From Mytilus trossulus (taxonomy: Eukaryota): 64,000 nt of DNA. The position numbers and the translations under genes are program-made. Positions 22,801 to 34,790 of this stretch are shown one piece after another. The stretch lies in NCBI RefSeq assembly GCF_036588685.1, contig NC_086379.1:7192001-7256000 (forward strand). Direction: 5' to 3'. Numbering within the stretch: position 1 is the first letter of the stretch; each line of letters begins with the position of its first letter. Under the pieces are notes generated by a model. It saw only the letters and a list, made by a program, of their open reading frames with translations. It was not told where the DNA came from and made no database searches.

Positions 22801-23704
22801 AGAGTTGTTGTCTTTGGTCCTCATTTATATAAGTTGAACTCCTTTTTAATAAGTCAGTAAGATGTTCTGGTATTTCTTCACTAGCTGTAAAGCAATCTTT
22901 CTGTAGTGTTCTAATCTGCTCTGGTTTCAAATCATGCTCAGTATATGATTCACATGTTCCTATTGTTTCCTTTTTATACAGTTTAACTTCGTCGTCACCA
23001 TAGTTGACAACATTAACAAAGTGTACTTGGTCTTGTGTATTTATAATCCCAGGTATGGTTAATGTAGACTTGGCTGTTCCTGTCGTGCCCTCTATTAATC
23101 CGTATTCTGTTAAATGATTGACTCCCGGTATTTCTACAGGCATCATAGTACTCGTCATTGGAGGAATTGTCATGTTGTCCTTAATTTCTACTTTGCAAAT
23201 CATATTTGCCTTCCCTCCAATCCAACATTGTATTTCCTGGTTGTGGATCGTGTGTAAGACCATGCGCTGATAATTTACTTTACTAACTTCCTTTAGTAAG
23301 AAATCCTGTCCAAGTATTCCATCCTGATTGATATTGCATATCATAAAATTTTGACTGAAAATTTCTTGACCAAGCATTAGTTCTAAAATGATCGATCCAA
23401 TGGCAAAAACCTTATTGCCATTAACGTCAAATATTTCGGATTTGTTTGGTACTAAAGAACACCAAACATTTGAAGGCAATTTTTCGTAAACATCAATAGA
23501 TAATATTGACGCAGTTGAGCCACTGTCAATTAAAAAGTTGACAGGAAACCCAAAAATTAATCCATTTGTATAAAACCCGTTATCCCAATTATCATCTGTT
23601 TCCCCTATATGTCCTGTCCGGACATGTTTTTCTCCCTTCATATCAGGCCTTTTATCTTCTGTCACTAGCTCACGACCTATTGAGCCAGCGTTCTGTCGTT
23701 TCCC
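19895..23704 (-). CDS. pol: Pol polyprotein (protease, RT, RNase H, integrase), reached by -1 frameshift
   Basis: LIDSGS protease, YMDD RT, DTDAS RNase H, HHCC + DDE integrase and a GPY motif, with no stops. Confidence 0.97.
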   Translation of the reverse strand, partial: GKRQNAGSIGRELVTEDKRPDMKGEKHVRTGHIGETDDNWDNGFYTNGLIFGFPVNFLIDSGSTASILSIDVYEKLPSNVWCSLVPNKSEIFDVNGNKVFAIGSIILELMLGQEIFSQNFMICNINQDGILGQDFLLKEVSKVNYQRMVLHTIHNQEIQCWIGGKANMICKVEIKDNMTIPPMTSTMMPVEIPGVNHLTEYGLIEGTTGTAKSTLTIPGIINTQDQVHFVNVVNYGDDEVKLYKKETIGTCESYTEHDLKPEQIRTLQKDCFTASEEIPEHLTDLLKRSSTYINEDQRQQLSRPLSQYQNVFSRTDDDIGRTDLVTHRINTGNAVPFRQRSRRMPLGKQEMEKSEVNRMLDKGIIEPSSSPWASNIVLVMKKNGSPRCCVDYRILNDVTKKDSYPIPRVDECLDSLAGGKFFGSMDLNSGFWQIGMAPEDKEKTAFLTSLGLYQFTVMPFGLANSPSTFERLMENVLRGLQWKELLLYMDDIISISSTFEEGLGRLERICIRLQNAHLKLKPAKCIFFQKQVRFLGHIVSEEGISTDLEKTKAIDDWPVPKSAKQVRSFLGLCSYYRRFVKGFAAIARPMHKICEKNSRFAWNDECQKAFQQLKSALTSTPVLAYPLPNLPFILDTDASDKAVGAVLSQIQDGLERVIAYMSKSMNIHEQAYCVTRKELLAVIIALKTFHHYLYGQEVLLRTDNAAVSWMKNLKKPTGQTARWLEELGTYNLTVTHRAGRKHSNADALSRRPCKSCERQESGNHASDDETDEIQLEETDFVNQELHENEEPTPRIEIVRVCTRSQTGNQYSATSGYCIDGWDPDSIRQSQLEDLDMSLIVTYLQEKKNKPDWDQVSKGTSFQKTIWRQWDRLTINNGMLYRKFYCSDKDDVDNFKLQLLVPKSHQKTVFKYFHDVPSAGHLGPDKMLSRIQKLFYWPAMKSSITRYCKECDQCAARKSLKRNKAPLGQYLVGEPMERVAIDILGPLPLTKRQNRYVLVLCDCFSKWTEAYAIPDQESLTIARTIVNEFICRFGSPLQLHSDQGRSFEAKLFQDLCDLLKIDKTRSTSQHPQSNGSVERFNRTLLSMLTFYCQNDQRNWDEILPQVMMAYRSSVHASTGQTPNMMMFGRNIFLPMEAVIPRPDGPNESTSPETDKYVNELQDAMSKSHVLARKHLKQNSEYQKRHYDLKAVKRELQVGQAVWLYDASKKKGICHKLTSKWKGPYVVTRKIDDITYLVRRSKKQPGKVYHIDRLLPYQGRNPPTWFSSRKV
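23664..23704 (-). promoter_or_regulatory. -1 ribosomal frameshift signal (G GGA AAC + downstream stem-loop)
   Basis: The slippery heptamer at 23704-23698 is in gag phase. Its -1 frame is continuous with pol. A stem CTGGCTCA/TGAGCTAG starts 9 nt downstream. Confidence 0.85.
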
Positions 23705-24741
23705 TGGATGTGATTAAAAGAGGTATTTTGTCTTTGGTTGCCCTGGAAATTCCCTCTAGCTCTTTGGTTGTTTTTGTGTGGACAGTTCCTCATAAAATGG
23801 TCTGGGGAGTTACATCCGTAGCATCTGCCAGTATTTGCCCTCTTTGATTCCCGACTTCCATGTCCTTGTTCCAGCTTTGCTATCCTATCTTGTAATTCCT
23901 GCAAATTGCTATGGTAATCCTTTTCACTCATGTGTCCTTCGATGTCCTTTGATTCCACAGCTCTGATCATTGTTGACTTCTTTTTGTCTTGATCCCCCAA
24001 AATTGACTCATACCTCTCTATTACATCAACAGCGTCTGCTATTGTGTGGCATTCCTTGTCAATACAACGACATTTCATTTCCACAGTTATTACCTTGAAT
24101 AACTGGTTTAGTGCAAGAGACTCCTGCGCTGCTAGGTCCAGGTCATAGTACGCCTTTTGCGCTAGTTGCCTGATATCATCCCCCACCTCAGCTATGCTTT
24201 CCCCTGCCATGCGCCTGCGCATCTCTAACTTTGAGAGCCAACGATTTTTGTGTTTTGAACTCCCAAACCTCTGATCTAACTTTTGTGTTAGCATTTGGTA
24301 TGTGCGCCTGTCGCCAGCAGACAAGCTCATGTAGTATGTCCTTGCTTGGCCCCTTAAGCTAGCTGCCAAAAACAACAGTTTTGTACGGTTTCCCCATTGT
24401 CCCAATTCAGCGCAGTCCTCAAAATGCGACAAGTATTCCTCCCAACAATCCTTACCAGAGAAGGGCTCAGGTTTAAGTGTTACCTTTGGTGGGCCAATTG
24501 GTTGCATATTATGATTACCCCTACCATTCCTATCGTCAAAATCATGTCTCTGATATTCATCCCGTCCTTTATGTCTCTGATCTACTTCATCACCATGACC
24601 TTGTAAAATTGATTCCCTATCAAAGTCGTCATTGTCATCAGTGTGTATTTGATCCCCTTGTCCTAAGTCATCTAAATCTAAATCCCTTTCCCTACGGAAA
24701 TTTATTTCAGGGTCTGGGGAGTTCCTACCAGTATCAGCCAT
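23677..24741 (-). CDS. gag: Gag (capsid + CCHC nucleocapsid)
   Basis: 354 aa; KPEPFSG..WEEYLSHFE capsid-type motif; CYGCNSPDHFMRNC zinc knuckle. Confidence 0.95.
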   Translation of the reverse strand: MADTGRNSPDPEINFRRERDLDLDDLGQGDQIHTDDNDDFDRESILQGHGDEVDQRHKGRDEYQRHDFDDRNGRGNHNMQPIGPPKVTLKPEPFSGKDCWEEYLSHFEDCAELGQWGNRTKLLFLAASLRGQARTYYMSLSAGDRRTYQMLTQKLDQRFGSSKHKNRWLSKLEMRRRMAGESIAEVGDDIRQLAQKAYYDLDLAAQESLALNQLFKVITVEMKCRCIDKECHTIADAVDVIERYESILGDQDKKKSTMIRAVESKDIEGHMSEKDYHSNLQELQDRIAKLEQGHGSRESKRANTGRCYGCNSPDHFMRNCPHKNNQRARGNFQGNQRQNTSFNHIQGNDRTLAQ

Positions 24742-24898
24742 ATTCTAAATAAAGACTTTTTATTTTATTTGTTGTTTCATATTCTATAGTTATAATAAAT
24801 TTTTGTACAGTAAATCCACCACGTCGGGCTTAAACCACGTTTTTAAGTTGACAGGTTATTCCAAGGTTCGTATCCTGGATGCTAATTAGAATTTTAGC

Positions 24899-24916
24899 AT
24901 CCCACTTCTGACACCA
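24899..24916 (-). promoter_or_regulatory. Primer binding site complementary to the tRNA-Leu 3' end
   Basis: TGGTGTCAGAAGTGGGAT lies 3 nt inside the 5' LTR boundary and is complementary to ...ATCCCACTTCTGACACCA of tRNA-Leu. Confidence 0.85.
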
Positions 24917-24919
24917 AAT

Positions 24920-26549
24920 TGTAAGCCACCCGAGAGCATCCTGTCCTATACTCGGTAGTTTACTTTAATAACACGTAAATACAATATGTGACTCCTGTAG
25001 CAACTCTACATTTGTATTAAACTTCCTAAATTACTTGTCAGGTATGGTCTTCAGGTTGTTTAATATGTATGTATTGAGCGATCCCTTGTATTCGAGTGTT
25101 ACTGAGCTAATTTTTGTTCCTAACGGCTTTCCATAGTTTTTATGTTTGAACGAGCGTCTTCCAGCATCTATTGTTTTCATCAGTGTAAATTCATGTTCTT
25201 TTTATATGTATCATAGTTCAATTAAACAAAGTTATCTTTCCAATGTTAACAGTTTTTATTTGCTCACTGTTAAAAGTATGTAACATTATAACATCGTAAA
25301 ACAATATAAATAAACAGTTGCGTTCAAGTGTACTGAATCATAAATCCTTATAAATACATATTTGTGGTGTCCGACGTGGTGGGAGATAGCTTACTGTACA
25401 AAAGACGGCTAATTACATATCATTAAACTTCATTATGTTATCCTTATTCTCACCTAAAGGTTATTGTTACTTTATTTGTTTTCCAAGGTTTGAACTTGCC
25501 GCCAGCAAAACTTTGGGCTATCTGCCATTGCTGAGTGCTCGCGCGTTTATATACTAAATTGTAATTGTCACGTGACATACTAATCCAATGGAAACTTGTC
25601 CTTTCCGGGAAGCCGGAACTATAAAAATTTCAGATAATGAAAAACATGATATACATATCATCTTAAATTGTCCGAACATTGTCCTTATACATAAAATATC
25701 AAAACAAAGCTATAGCATCTGAAATATCGACAAAGAAGCTTGAAATAAACAATCGGACACCACTGCGCGCGCATTGATTTAGCAGACGATCTGCGTAATT
25801 ACATAATACGTAAATAACATACAACATAGTTCATTTCAACCATCTAAATATTTACAATATATTTGTGTCCGGCAGGGTATACTTATTAAAAATCTTATGT
25901 GTGGTATTAAAAATACAATATAAGATCAAATGTTCAGGGGACGAATTGGTATTTAAAGATATCAAAACACATGTTTCGGTCCCCACAAAAATGGCAGACG
26001 ACAAAATCTCCGTAAATAAACAATTGCAGTTGAAGTAATTTTCTATGTATATCAGGCATATTAGACGTTTAAATATGAATATTTGGTTACAAGAAATGAT
26101 CCTTAAATCTGGAATTACATGATATAAAGCATGTAGAAGGTAAGCCATGAGTAATTACATACATTCCCTGCCGTAACACTTGTACAACAAAATGTAAACA
26201 AATGAAAAATTCATTTCACTTCCAGTGTTTTACGCATTAAAAATGTGTTATCCTTGATAATTGTCAACATCATCTTGAACCTATATACAAACATGAACTA
26301 GAAATTCATATCATAGCTGATGAAATGCTTCCCCCCTTTATATTTGGTAAACAAAAAAATGAAACTTTGGCCTGTGAAATCCATACATAAAAATAGTAAA
26401 TTAATGCCATATCTTTGATTAAAAAAATGTTTTACTTGTTCGTGCGAGCCAAGTTACTATGCGTAAGAACACAACCATCATGTTTAAAAGAATAATATTT
26501 CCTTTTTCTGAATTTATAATATCATAACAAGTACTTCCAATGCCTTACA
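24920..26549 (-). repeat. 5' LTR (1630 bp)
   Basis: Direct repeat of 15419-17048, adjacent to the PBS. Confidence 0.97.
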
Positions 26550-26722
26550 GTATCATAGTGTTCTATCTACAATTTGTTTCTGGTGCAATACAAATACAAG
26601 GATTTTGACATAGAACTTTCTGTCATACAGTACGCCACTTGTTGTTTAACAAGTTGAATATTGATGATAACTCTGATTTAAAATCTTTGTATTTGTTTGG
26701 CTTTTTAACTATTTTGATCTGA

Positions 26723-26766
26723 GCGTCACTGATGAGTCTTATGTAGACGAAACGCGCGTCTGGCGT
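26723..26766 (+). ncRNA. Minimal type I hammerhead ribozyme (intact core)
   Basis: GCGTCA-CTGATGA-GTCT(TATGT)AGAC-GAAA-CGCGC-GTC^TGGCGT, with palindromic stem III. Confidence 0.85.
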
Positions 26767-29700
26767 ATAAAATTATAATCCTGGTACTTTTGATAACTAT
26801 TTAAACATTCTACATGAATATTCAAGAGTAAATCAACAATAATCAGAAGTATTTCAGTGCTGGTCTTTGGTTCATACTTTGCTTTCATGTATTAACTTGA
26901 TAAACAATATCGGACAATAGATAGTACAAATTCCGTAATTACGTTATATATGGAAACTGTAAAAGACAAATTTTCAAAATCAATGTATTTATATTTTATT
27001 ATTGTATAACTAATCCTATCTGATACTGTTAGATAATAATTTTACTGTATAATCTTCCTAGTTGAACAGTTACTAATTCACTTATGAGTCTAATGTAGAC
27101 GAAACGCGCGTCTGGCGTATAAAATTATGATCCTGGTACTTTTGATAACTATTTACAGGTATATCCGACTGAATGCTGCGAGTCGTTGTAAACAGCAGAG
27201 AAATGTGCAATAAAAGATTTATTTTATATAAAAAAAAAAGAGTTCAGTATTTATTTTAAGATTTTACTTTTTAAACGACTAACTTATTCGTATTCAGTTG
27301 TGTCAGTCATGACACATGATTTTTTATATTTAATTGTTTTGGCTATTAACTAGCTGCCAGTAAGTGCGAGTACTTTTACATCGTACTTTCTTGTTAATTT
27401 GACTTATTGATACTATTTGTTATGCTTTTTTGTTATTTTATGTTAAAATGGGTCTTGTCTTTATATCAGCTTTGACTATTTTGAGTCAATCTTTTCACTT
27501 TTTCGTATACTATGAACATCAAAATTATTTTATTTCTCCTTAAATACTGTTCTTGCATCTGTACAAGAGGTTTTATCTAGCCTAAATTGTATTGTTTTAT
27601 TGTTGATATTCACCACATATGTATCAAGTGTTAGATTTGTTTTATTCATATCAAAGACATTCTTGGTATTCCTAAACGGACAATTTATACACACAGACGA
27701 AGAAGTATACGACAAACTTATTTTCAGGTACTCGTAAAGGATATGGCGCAGTTTTTTTTCAAAAGTGATGATTTCTATTTTTTTTTTACATTTCACATTG
27801 GTATCTTACTTTAACTTTGTTTGAACCTGTTTATTTACTTTTGACCTTATATTATTTATCCCTTATAGTTTTTATTGGTGGAAGAAGACTTCAAGTCTTC
27901 TGAAGGCCAATGGTGCCGACTAAAATCATTAAGCCTCCGTATGCCGCATTTGTTTCTGGGTATTACAATTTCATAACAACTTCTGATTCCTGACACGGAG
28001 TTTTACACATGATTAAGCGTCTGAATCATTTAATTTCTTAAATAGGATTGAAAAACAACCACTATCGTGAATATGTACCCTTTTTATTTATGTAAATTAT
28101 TAGATTTCATCTCATCTACATGAACGTTATTTGTTTACTTGTAACCGGATGTTTTACTGTAGATATTTGTAGTACGCATGCGCGAATTTGATATCGGGAC
28201 AACTCGCCCGATTTACATGTTTGCCCTTGGTCTGACAATCGTGTTCAGCTAATCAAATTCTGTGTTTCTCATGATCAATTGATAAGCCAATCAAAAACGT
28301 TTTCTCTGAAGATTATTCTAACATACTAGATTTGAACTTGTTGTTTTTATCTAGTTGTTTAAAAATCGTGAAGATGACATGTGAATTTTCATTAGCGAGC
28401 AGGTTCTTACACAGCTTAAGGTTTAAAGATTGACAAAATTCAATGATGCAGTACTACCAGTCACTAATTTATTGAACATATTGTATTTTTGTATTCAATT
28501 ATATCATTTAAAGGACAATGCACTATTCTTTTTTTAACAAAGACCCCCCATTTATTAGTGGTGGACTGTCCCTAAAACAAAGGGGTTATTTTACTAATGA
28601 AAAAAAAAGAAAGAACATTTTTAAGATTTTTAACTCAAAAGTGGGAAAATTCATAATATTTGGAACAACTTTTCTAAATGAGGGGTCATATAATTAAAGA
28701 AGTTTAGAAACATCACAACATTCTTTTGACATGTTTGGACCATTAAATACTTGATAGATGCATAGGTCTTGGAGAAAAGTTTCATCAAATAATACCCCTC
28801 ATTTGGAGTTTTGTTCTCAACCTGTTAAAGGTCCATCTCTGTGCATAATTCAAAATTGTAAATTTCAACAAGCATGTTATATTCTCACACAAGAAAATAA
28901 ATCATGGTCTGCTAGCTACATGTTCATCTTTTCTACCGATTTAATAACTAGAATCATGCAAACAGACTTAGGAAAAAGGCATGTAAATTCATCATACAAA
29001 TATGACACTTTTTCTAGACAATCCAGATGGTGCAAAATACTTCGCTCAAAATTGTAACCTTTTAAAATTGTTGCAGCGCACTTAAAACCCCCATGGGAAA
29101 TATTTTTATGCCCCATTTATGGGCTATATGTTTTCAGGTCTGTCCATCCATCCTGCTTTAGGTTAAAGTTTATGGTCGAGCTAGTTTTTGATGAAGTCAT
29201 AATCCAATCAATTTGAAACTTAGTATACATGTGTTCCTTATGAGATGATCTTTCTAATTTTACTGCCAAACTAAAGATTTTGCCTTTTTCACAGTTCCCT
29301 GAACATAGGAGAATGATTTTACGGATGGGAAATCCATGTACTTATGACACATTCTTGTTCGAAGAAAACAAAATGCCATACCCCATAATGGAACAAAGCA
29401 GGCTGGGTTATTGGGCTGCTTTTATCTCGTCCTTGTTGATAAATATTCCGTATCAACTTCTCAAATAATACACGATGGTCTTGATGTATAGATTCTGCGT
29501 ACTGATGTGGTTTATCATCTTAACAACGTGTTTTATAGTTCTTTCATTTGTCTTTCTATAATTAATATTACTTTTACTGTTGAATGGCTTGATGTGATAT
29601 CCGTTTGACGTGGCTCGGTATATACACATCTCGTCAATGTGTTTGTATTTGGTTTATTTTTTGGTAACTTGTTATGTATATGCGACTTTTTGTATTTCTT

Positions 29701-31367
29701 TTGTTTTTATAACGTGGCACTGCACTTTAAAAGATCCCGTGAGTATGATATTGTTCTATTATATGTCATTATGATATATTTCTATTTTGAATTACAATAT
29801 ACGTTGAACCACAAACGTCAAAATCATTCAATCGCGTAGTGGAATTAACTATTTGTGGATTCTAATGAATTCTATATATACTTTTGGACTAGTTTAAATC
29901 TCGGTCTATTTCTGAAATTTATTCTAACATACTTTTGATTTTTTAACCCTGTATGATAACATGGCTATGTAAATTTTAAAATTTGTTTGTATGCACATTG
30001 AACGACAAATTCATGTGATGTATACAATTATCTGACGTCAGACACTCAAATCAACCAATGTGTTCGTAGATAGTAGATGTTTTTGTGTTCTGATAAATTG
30101 TCCCTTTTAAAATTGTTATACGATGATGGCTGATGTACCCATATTTTGACCATTTTATTAAGACTGTCATTAAAGTGAGAGGGTTAGCGCTATAGAACCA
30201 GGTTTAATCCACAATTTTCTACATTTGAAATTGCCACAAATTGTACAAAGTGAGGAATATGACAGTTCTTGTCCTTTCGTTTTTATGCGTTTTGTTATTT
30301 GATTTTGCCATGTAATTATGGACTTTCCGAATTGAGTTTCCTCCAAGTTCAGTATTTTTATGATTTAACTTTTATTGTAATTCAAGTTACTTTTTATTCA
30401 TCTTCTTCCACCTCAGAGCTATAGCTTAAGAATACTATGTATTTGCATTCGTTCATTGAGTGTCAATTTGCGTTTTTGTTTGAGGTAAGCCTTCCAATTG
30501 ATATTTTATAGTGTGTTTTTCTATGTTGTGATGCTATTCCATTTTTCAGAAAAAAATGTAATTCCGCTGCAAATGTTTGCACCAGTCCTAAGTCAGGAAT
30601 CTGATGTACATTAATTACGTCTGTTTATGTAGTTCATACGTGTTTCTTGATTTCTTTTTTTTTATATAGATTAGATCGTTGCTCTTCCTTTTCGAATGAT
30701 TTAACACTAGTAATTTTTTAATGCTCATTTACTCTGGCTTCTAAGATCGAAATGTATATATGTTGCAGTAAAACATCACCGTTAATGTCATTGATATCCT
30801 ATTCAAACATTTAAACCCGCTACAATTATTTGCACTGTCCTGAGTCAGGAACCCAATATTCAGTTGTTGTCGTTTTGTCGATGTCGTTCATAAGTATTTC
30901 TCGTTTCTCATTATCATATTGAATAGACCGTTGTTTCTTTCGTTCGAATGGTTTAACAGTAGTTTGGGGCCCTTAATAGCTTGTTGTTCGATGTGAGCGT
31001 TGTGTTGATGAAGACCGGAATGTTACCTATAATGGTTGACATTAACAAATGGTGACTTGGCACTCATACCATATCTTCTTATATGTATTTAACTTATCCG
31101 CTTATTTAGATTGACACTACTATGCAAGTTACATTCGTTTACCTTTTTAATGACAGAAACTGTATCAAGAAGAAAATATTAAAATAACAAAAATACCGAA
31201 AAATCAAAACGGATAGTCCGCAATCTAACGGTAAAATCAAGTGCTCAAATACATCAAACGAATGGATACCAACTGTCATATTCCTTTTTTTCTTATTTCC
31301 TAGATATAAATGGTGAACTAAAACTGCTTTTATAGTTATTAAATGCTCTCACTGGATTACAGTTGTA

Positions 31368-32113
31368 GATGACGTTCTTTCACTAAACAATTCAAAATTT
31401 GGTGACTATGTGGAACGCATCTATCCCATCATATTCGAGATAAAGGATACTACTGATACAGGTAAGTCGGCTTCATATCTTGACTTACATCTAGAAATTG
31501 ACAATGAGGGTCGGTTGAAAACAAAACTTTACGACAAAGGAGATGATTTCAGCTTTCCAATTGTGAACTTTCCATTTCTAAGTAGCAACATTCAAGCAGC
31601 ACCTGCACACGGGGTATATATCTCCCGTGCTTGCAATTCCTATCATGCTTTTCTTGATAGATGGTTACTGCTCACAAGGAAGCTTTTAAGCCAAGAGTTT
31701 CAAATGGTGAAGTTGAAATCATCCCTTCGTAAATTTTACGGACGCCATCACGAGTTGATTGACCGTTATGGAATATCCGTTTCACAAATGATATCGGATA
31801 TGTTCCTTACTTCGTAACTACAATCCCCTTCCCTTTCATGAATGTGACCTACCGAATTATACTATTTACCGGATTTATAATCACATAAGCAACACGACGG
31901 GTGCCACATGTGGAGCAGGATCTGCTTACCCTTCCGGAGCACCTGAGATCACATGAGTTTTTGATGGGGTTCGTGTTGTTTATTCTTTAGTTTTCTATGT
32001 TGTGTCATGTGTACTATTGTTTTTCTGTTTGTCTTGTTCATTTTTAGCCATGGCGTTGTCAGTTTGTTTTAGATTTATGAGTTTGACTGTTCCTTTGGTA
32101 TCTTTCGTCCCTC
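31368..32113 (+). pseudogene. Penelope-like element RT C-terminal fragment and 3' tail (other fragments at 1-425 +, ~42955-43330 -, ~50984-51400 -, ~58075-58400 +, ~63050-63230 +)
   Basis: ASYLDLHLEID..LKTKLYDK.DDFSFPIVNFPFLSSNI matches the PLE RT thumb region; 5'-truncated; homologous to 1-425. Confidence 0.75.
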
Positions 32114-33269
32114 TTGTATACAATATCATTTTAATGACAACGATGTGTGAATAACAAAGAAACATATGTAGGCATATAGACAAAGTACCCTAGCAAAATG
32201 AATGACAAAAATACACAATTCGTCCATAACACAATCATACAATGACAGGTTGTATAACTACAAAGCCAGGTCAATAATGTCTAACTAAAGAACCTAACGC
32301 ATGTTCTAGCTGACAATGATCTGCGTTGATAGAAATATGACAAAAAATAATCTGTTAACAATTTTAGGACATATTTTGTACTGTATGATTTAACTTGAAT
32401 TTGAAAGTGCAGTGATATTATCTGTATCGTACGGTAGGATAAAACAATATGTCAGTAATTTGTTGCATTTTCGATGAGACGCACAATGGATCTTTAAAGT
32501 AATTTGAATTTATACATCAATATGTAAGTTTTTAAGTTACAACCTTCTCAGTATTGTAGAACACTTGATACGCAATCGCTTGAAAAATATGTTATACATA
32601 GAAGTGGAAATACCGTACTTGGTGTGTCTCTTTGTTGACAAAAAAGCAATGAAGTTTTGATAACCAATCAAAGCGCTGTAAGCACTGTAGGAAGTTAACC
32701 AAAAACCAAGGCAAACATAATTTTGAGAACTGTGGCAATGTTTTTTTTTAAAGATTTAAAAGAACAAACATTAAACTTTCATATATAATTGTACATTTAT
32801 GTTCATTTAATGAATTAATCATTAAGGCAAATAATTCATATTTTATCAAGGTTTTCGATAGCAACGTATATATCAAGTATATTTGTTTTCATGGTCATGA
32901 GTCTTGAGTCAGCAGTGGAACAAATTCGCAATGATTGCAGTTCTTCAAGTTGATCGTAATTGTTCGTATTAGTTGACTGTTAGTAGTCCAAGTTGACTTT
33001 AGTATAAGCTTGTAAAAGTATGAATAGACTGACCTGTCCATAGTAAATGCTAATGACTCCCACCTTCACCCCAAGACCATGATGTCTAAGTTTGGAATAA
33101 AATGACAGGTGTTATAAGTCTAGCAAAGTGATATGCATATGTGACGCCTATGAGATAGACCTTGTATGTCATTCAATCTTTTTGAAATGACAAACAGGAA
33201 TGAATATATATATGGTTTAGGAATGGTATCTTAATCTTTTACAAGTTTTCAAAACTCAAAACACACACA

Positions 33270-33335
33270 AGAGGGTGTGGGTGACCCTAGGGACTACCCC
33301 TATTTTTCATTTGATTTTTTATATTGTCCCATACA

Positions 33336-33384
<49 letters not shown>

Positions 33385-34790
33385 TTGAGGGGTGGGGATC
33401 TCATCTGTTTCCCAGTTATCAAACAGGATTAGGTAGGTTGACCCTTAGGACTCTCCCTATATTTCATTTGAATAGTTCTTTTGTCCCATACATAAAAATA
33501 TATGGTTTAACTTAAATGTGGGGATCTCGACTGTTTCCAAGTTCTCAAACAACAGGAGGGGTGGGGTGACCACAGGGACTCCCCCTATATTATATTTGAT
33601 TTGTAATTAAGTCCAATACATGAGTATTAATGGTTAAGGGGTAGATGATCTCGACTGTTTCCAAGTTCTCAAACATGAGGGTGCAGTGACACTAGGGACT
33701 TCCCCTATAACTCATTTACTTTGTTTTATTGTCCAATACATTAATTAAATTAACAGTACCAATTTTCTTGCACCAGATGCGCATTTAGACAATATATGTC
33801 TCTTCAGTGATGTTCGTGGCCAAAACATTTGAAAATCCAAAGCTTATATAAAAGATGAAGAGCTATAATCCGAAAGGTCCAAAAAGTATAGCCAAATCCG
33901 TGAAAGAAATCAGAGCTTTGCATGAGGGAGATACATTCCTTAAATTATAATAATTTATAATATTTTGTAACAGCAAATATAACATGTTTTAATAACACCA
34001 ACAAATCCGTATTTTCATACCAGTACCGGAGTACTGGCTACTGGGCTGGTGATACCCTCGGGGACTAATAGTCCACCAGCAGAGGCATCGACCCACTGGT
34101 AGTAATTAAATTAACGGTACCAATTTTCTTGCACCAGGTGCGCATTTGACAATACATGTCTCTTCAGTGATGCTCGTGGCCAAAATATTTGAAAATCCAA
34201 AGCTTATAAAAAAGACGAAGAGTTATAATCCGAAAGGTCCAAAAAGTGTAGCCAAATCCGTGAAAGGAATCAGAGCTTTGCATGAGGGAGATACATTCCT
34301 TAATTTACAATATGATATTTATTTAATATATATGATGTATGGGTGGGGATAGCAACGGTATTCAAATTCTCAAACAAGAAGGGGTAGAGTGACCCTAGGA
34401 ACACCACCTATATTTCACATGGTTTGTTAAATTAGTGTCCCATACATGAATATATATGGTTTAGGGGTGGGGATCTTGACCGTTTCTAAGTTCTCAAACA
34501 AGAGGGGTTGGATGACCCACATGGACTACCCCTATATTTCATTTGATTTTTTATATTGTCCCATACATAAATATATATGGTTGAGTGGACAGGATCTCGA
34601 TTGTTTCCAAGTTCTAAAGCAGGAGGTGGTGGGTGACCCTAGGGACTTCACCTATATTTCATTTGATTAGTTATATAGTCCCATATATGAATGTATATGG
34701 TTGAGATGTGGGGATCCCATCAATTTCAAAGTTATCAAACAGGAGGGGGTAGAGTACTTCAAAGAACTCCACATACATATCATATGATTT
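33270..34790. repeat. ~120-bp satellite-like array containing (AT)n at ~33338-33382, interrupted by the retrozyme-like insertion
   Basis: Recurrent GGTGACCCTAGGGACT...GTGGGGATCTC...CAAGTTCTCAAAC units. Confidence 0.85.
33743..34308 (-). mobile_element. Retrozyme-like tandem unit (361-bp period, ~1.5 copies, two degenerate CUGAAGA hammerheads)
   Basis: Direct repeat at 33743/34104; hammerhead-like motifs at ~33770-33813 and ~34131-34174 with damaged GAAA. Confidence 0.7.

Larger units (their letters stand above)
15419..26549 (-). mobile_element. Full-length Ty3/Gypsy LTR retrotransposon (11.1 kb), very recent insertion
   Basis: Two 1630-bp LTRs (TGTAAG...CTTACA), 4-bp TSD GTAT (15415-15418 / 26550-26553), PBS, PPT, gag, and pol in PR-RT-RH-INT order. 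Confidence 0.98.

Noticed and set aside
12563-26549. Single DIRS-like composite of recombinase + RT
   Set aside because: The Gypsy element has its own DDE integrase, LTRs and TSD; the recombinase lies outside them.
27200-31300. Short ORFs of 60-100 aa here and elsewhere in the ORF track
   Set aside because: No motifs or splice support; most overlap repeats or start at non-ATG codons.
31410-31817. 135-aa ORF as a host gene
   Set aside because: Truncated Penelope-like RT fragment with an internal deletion.
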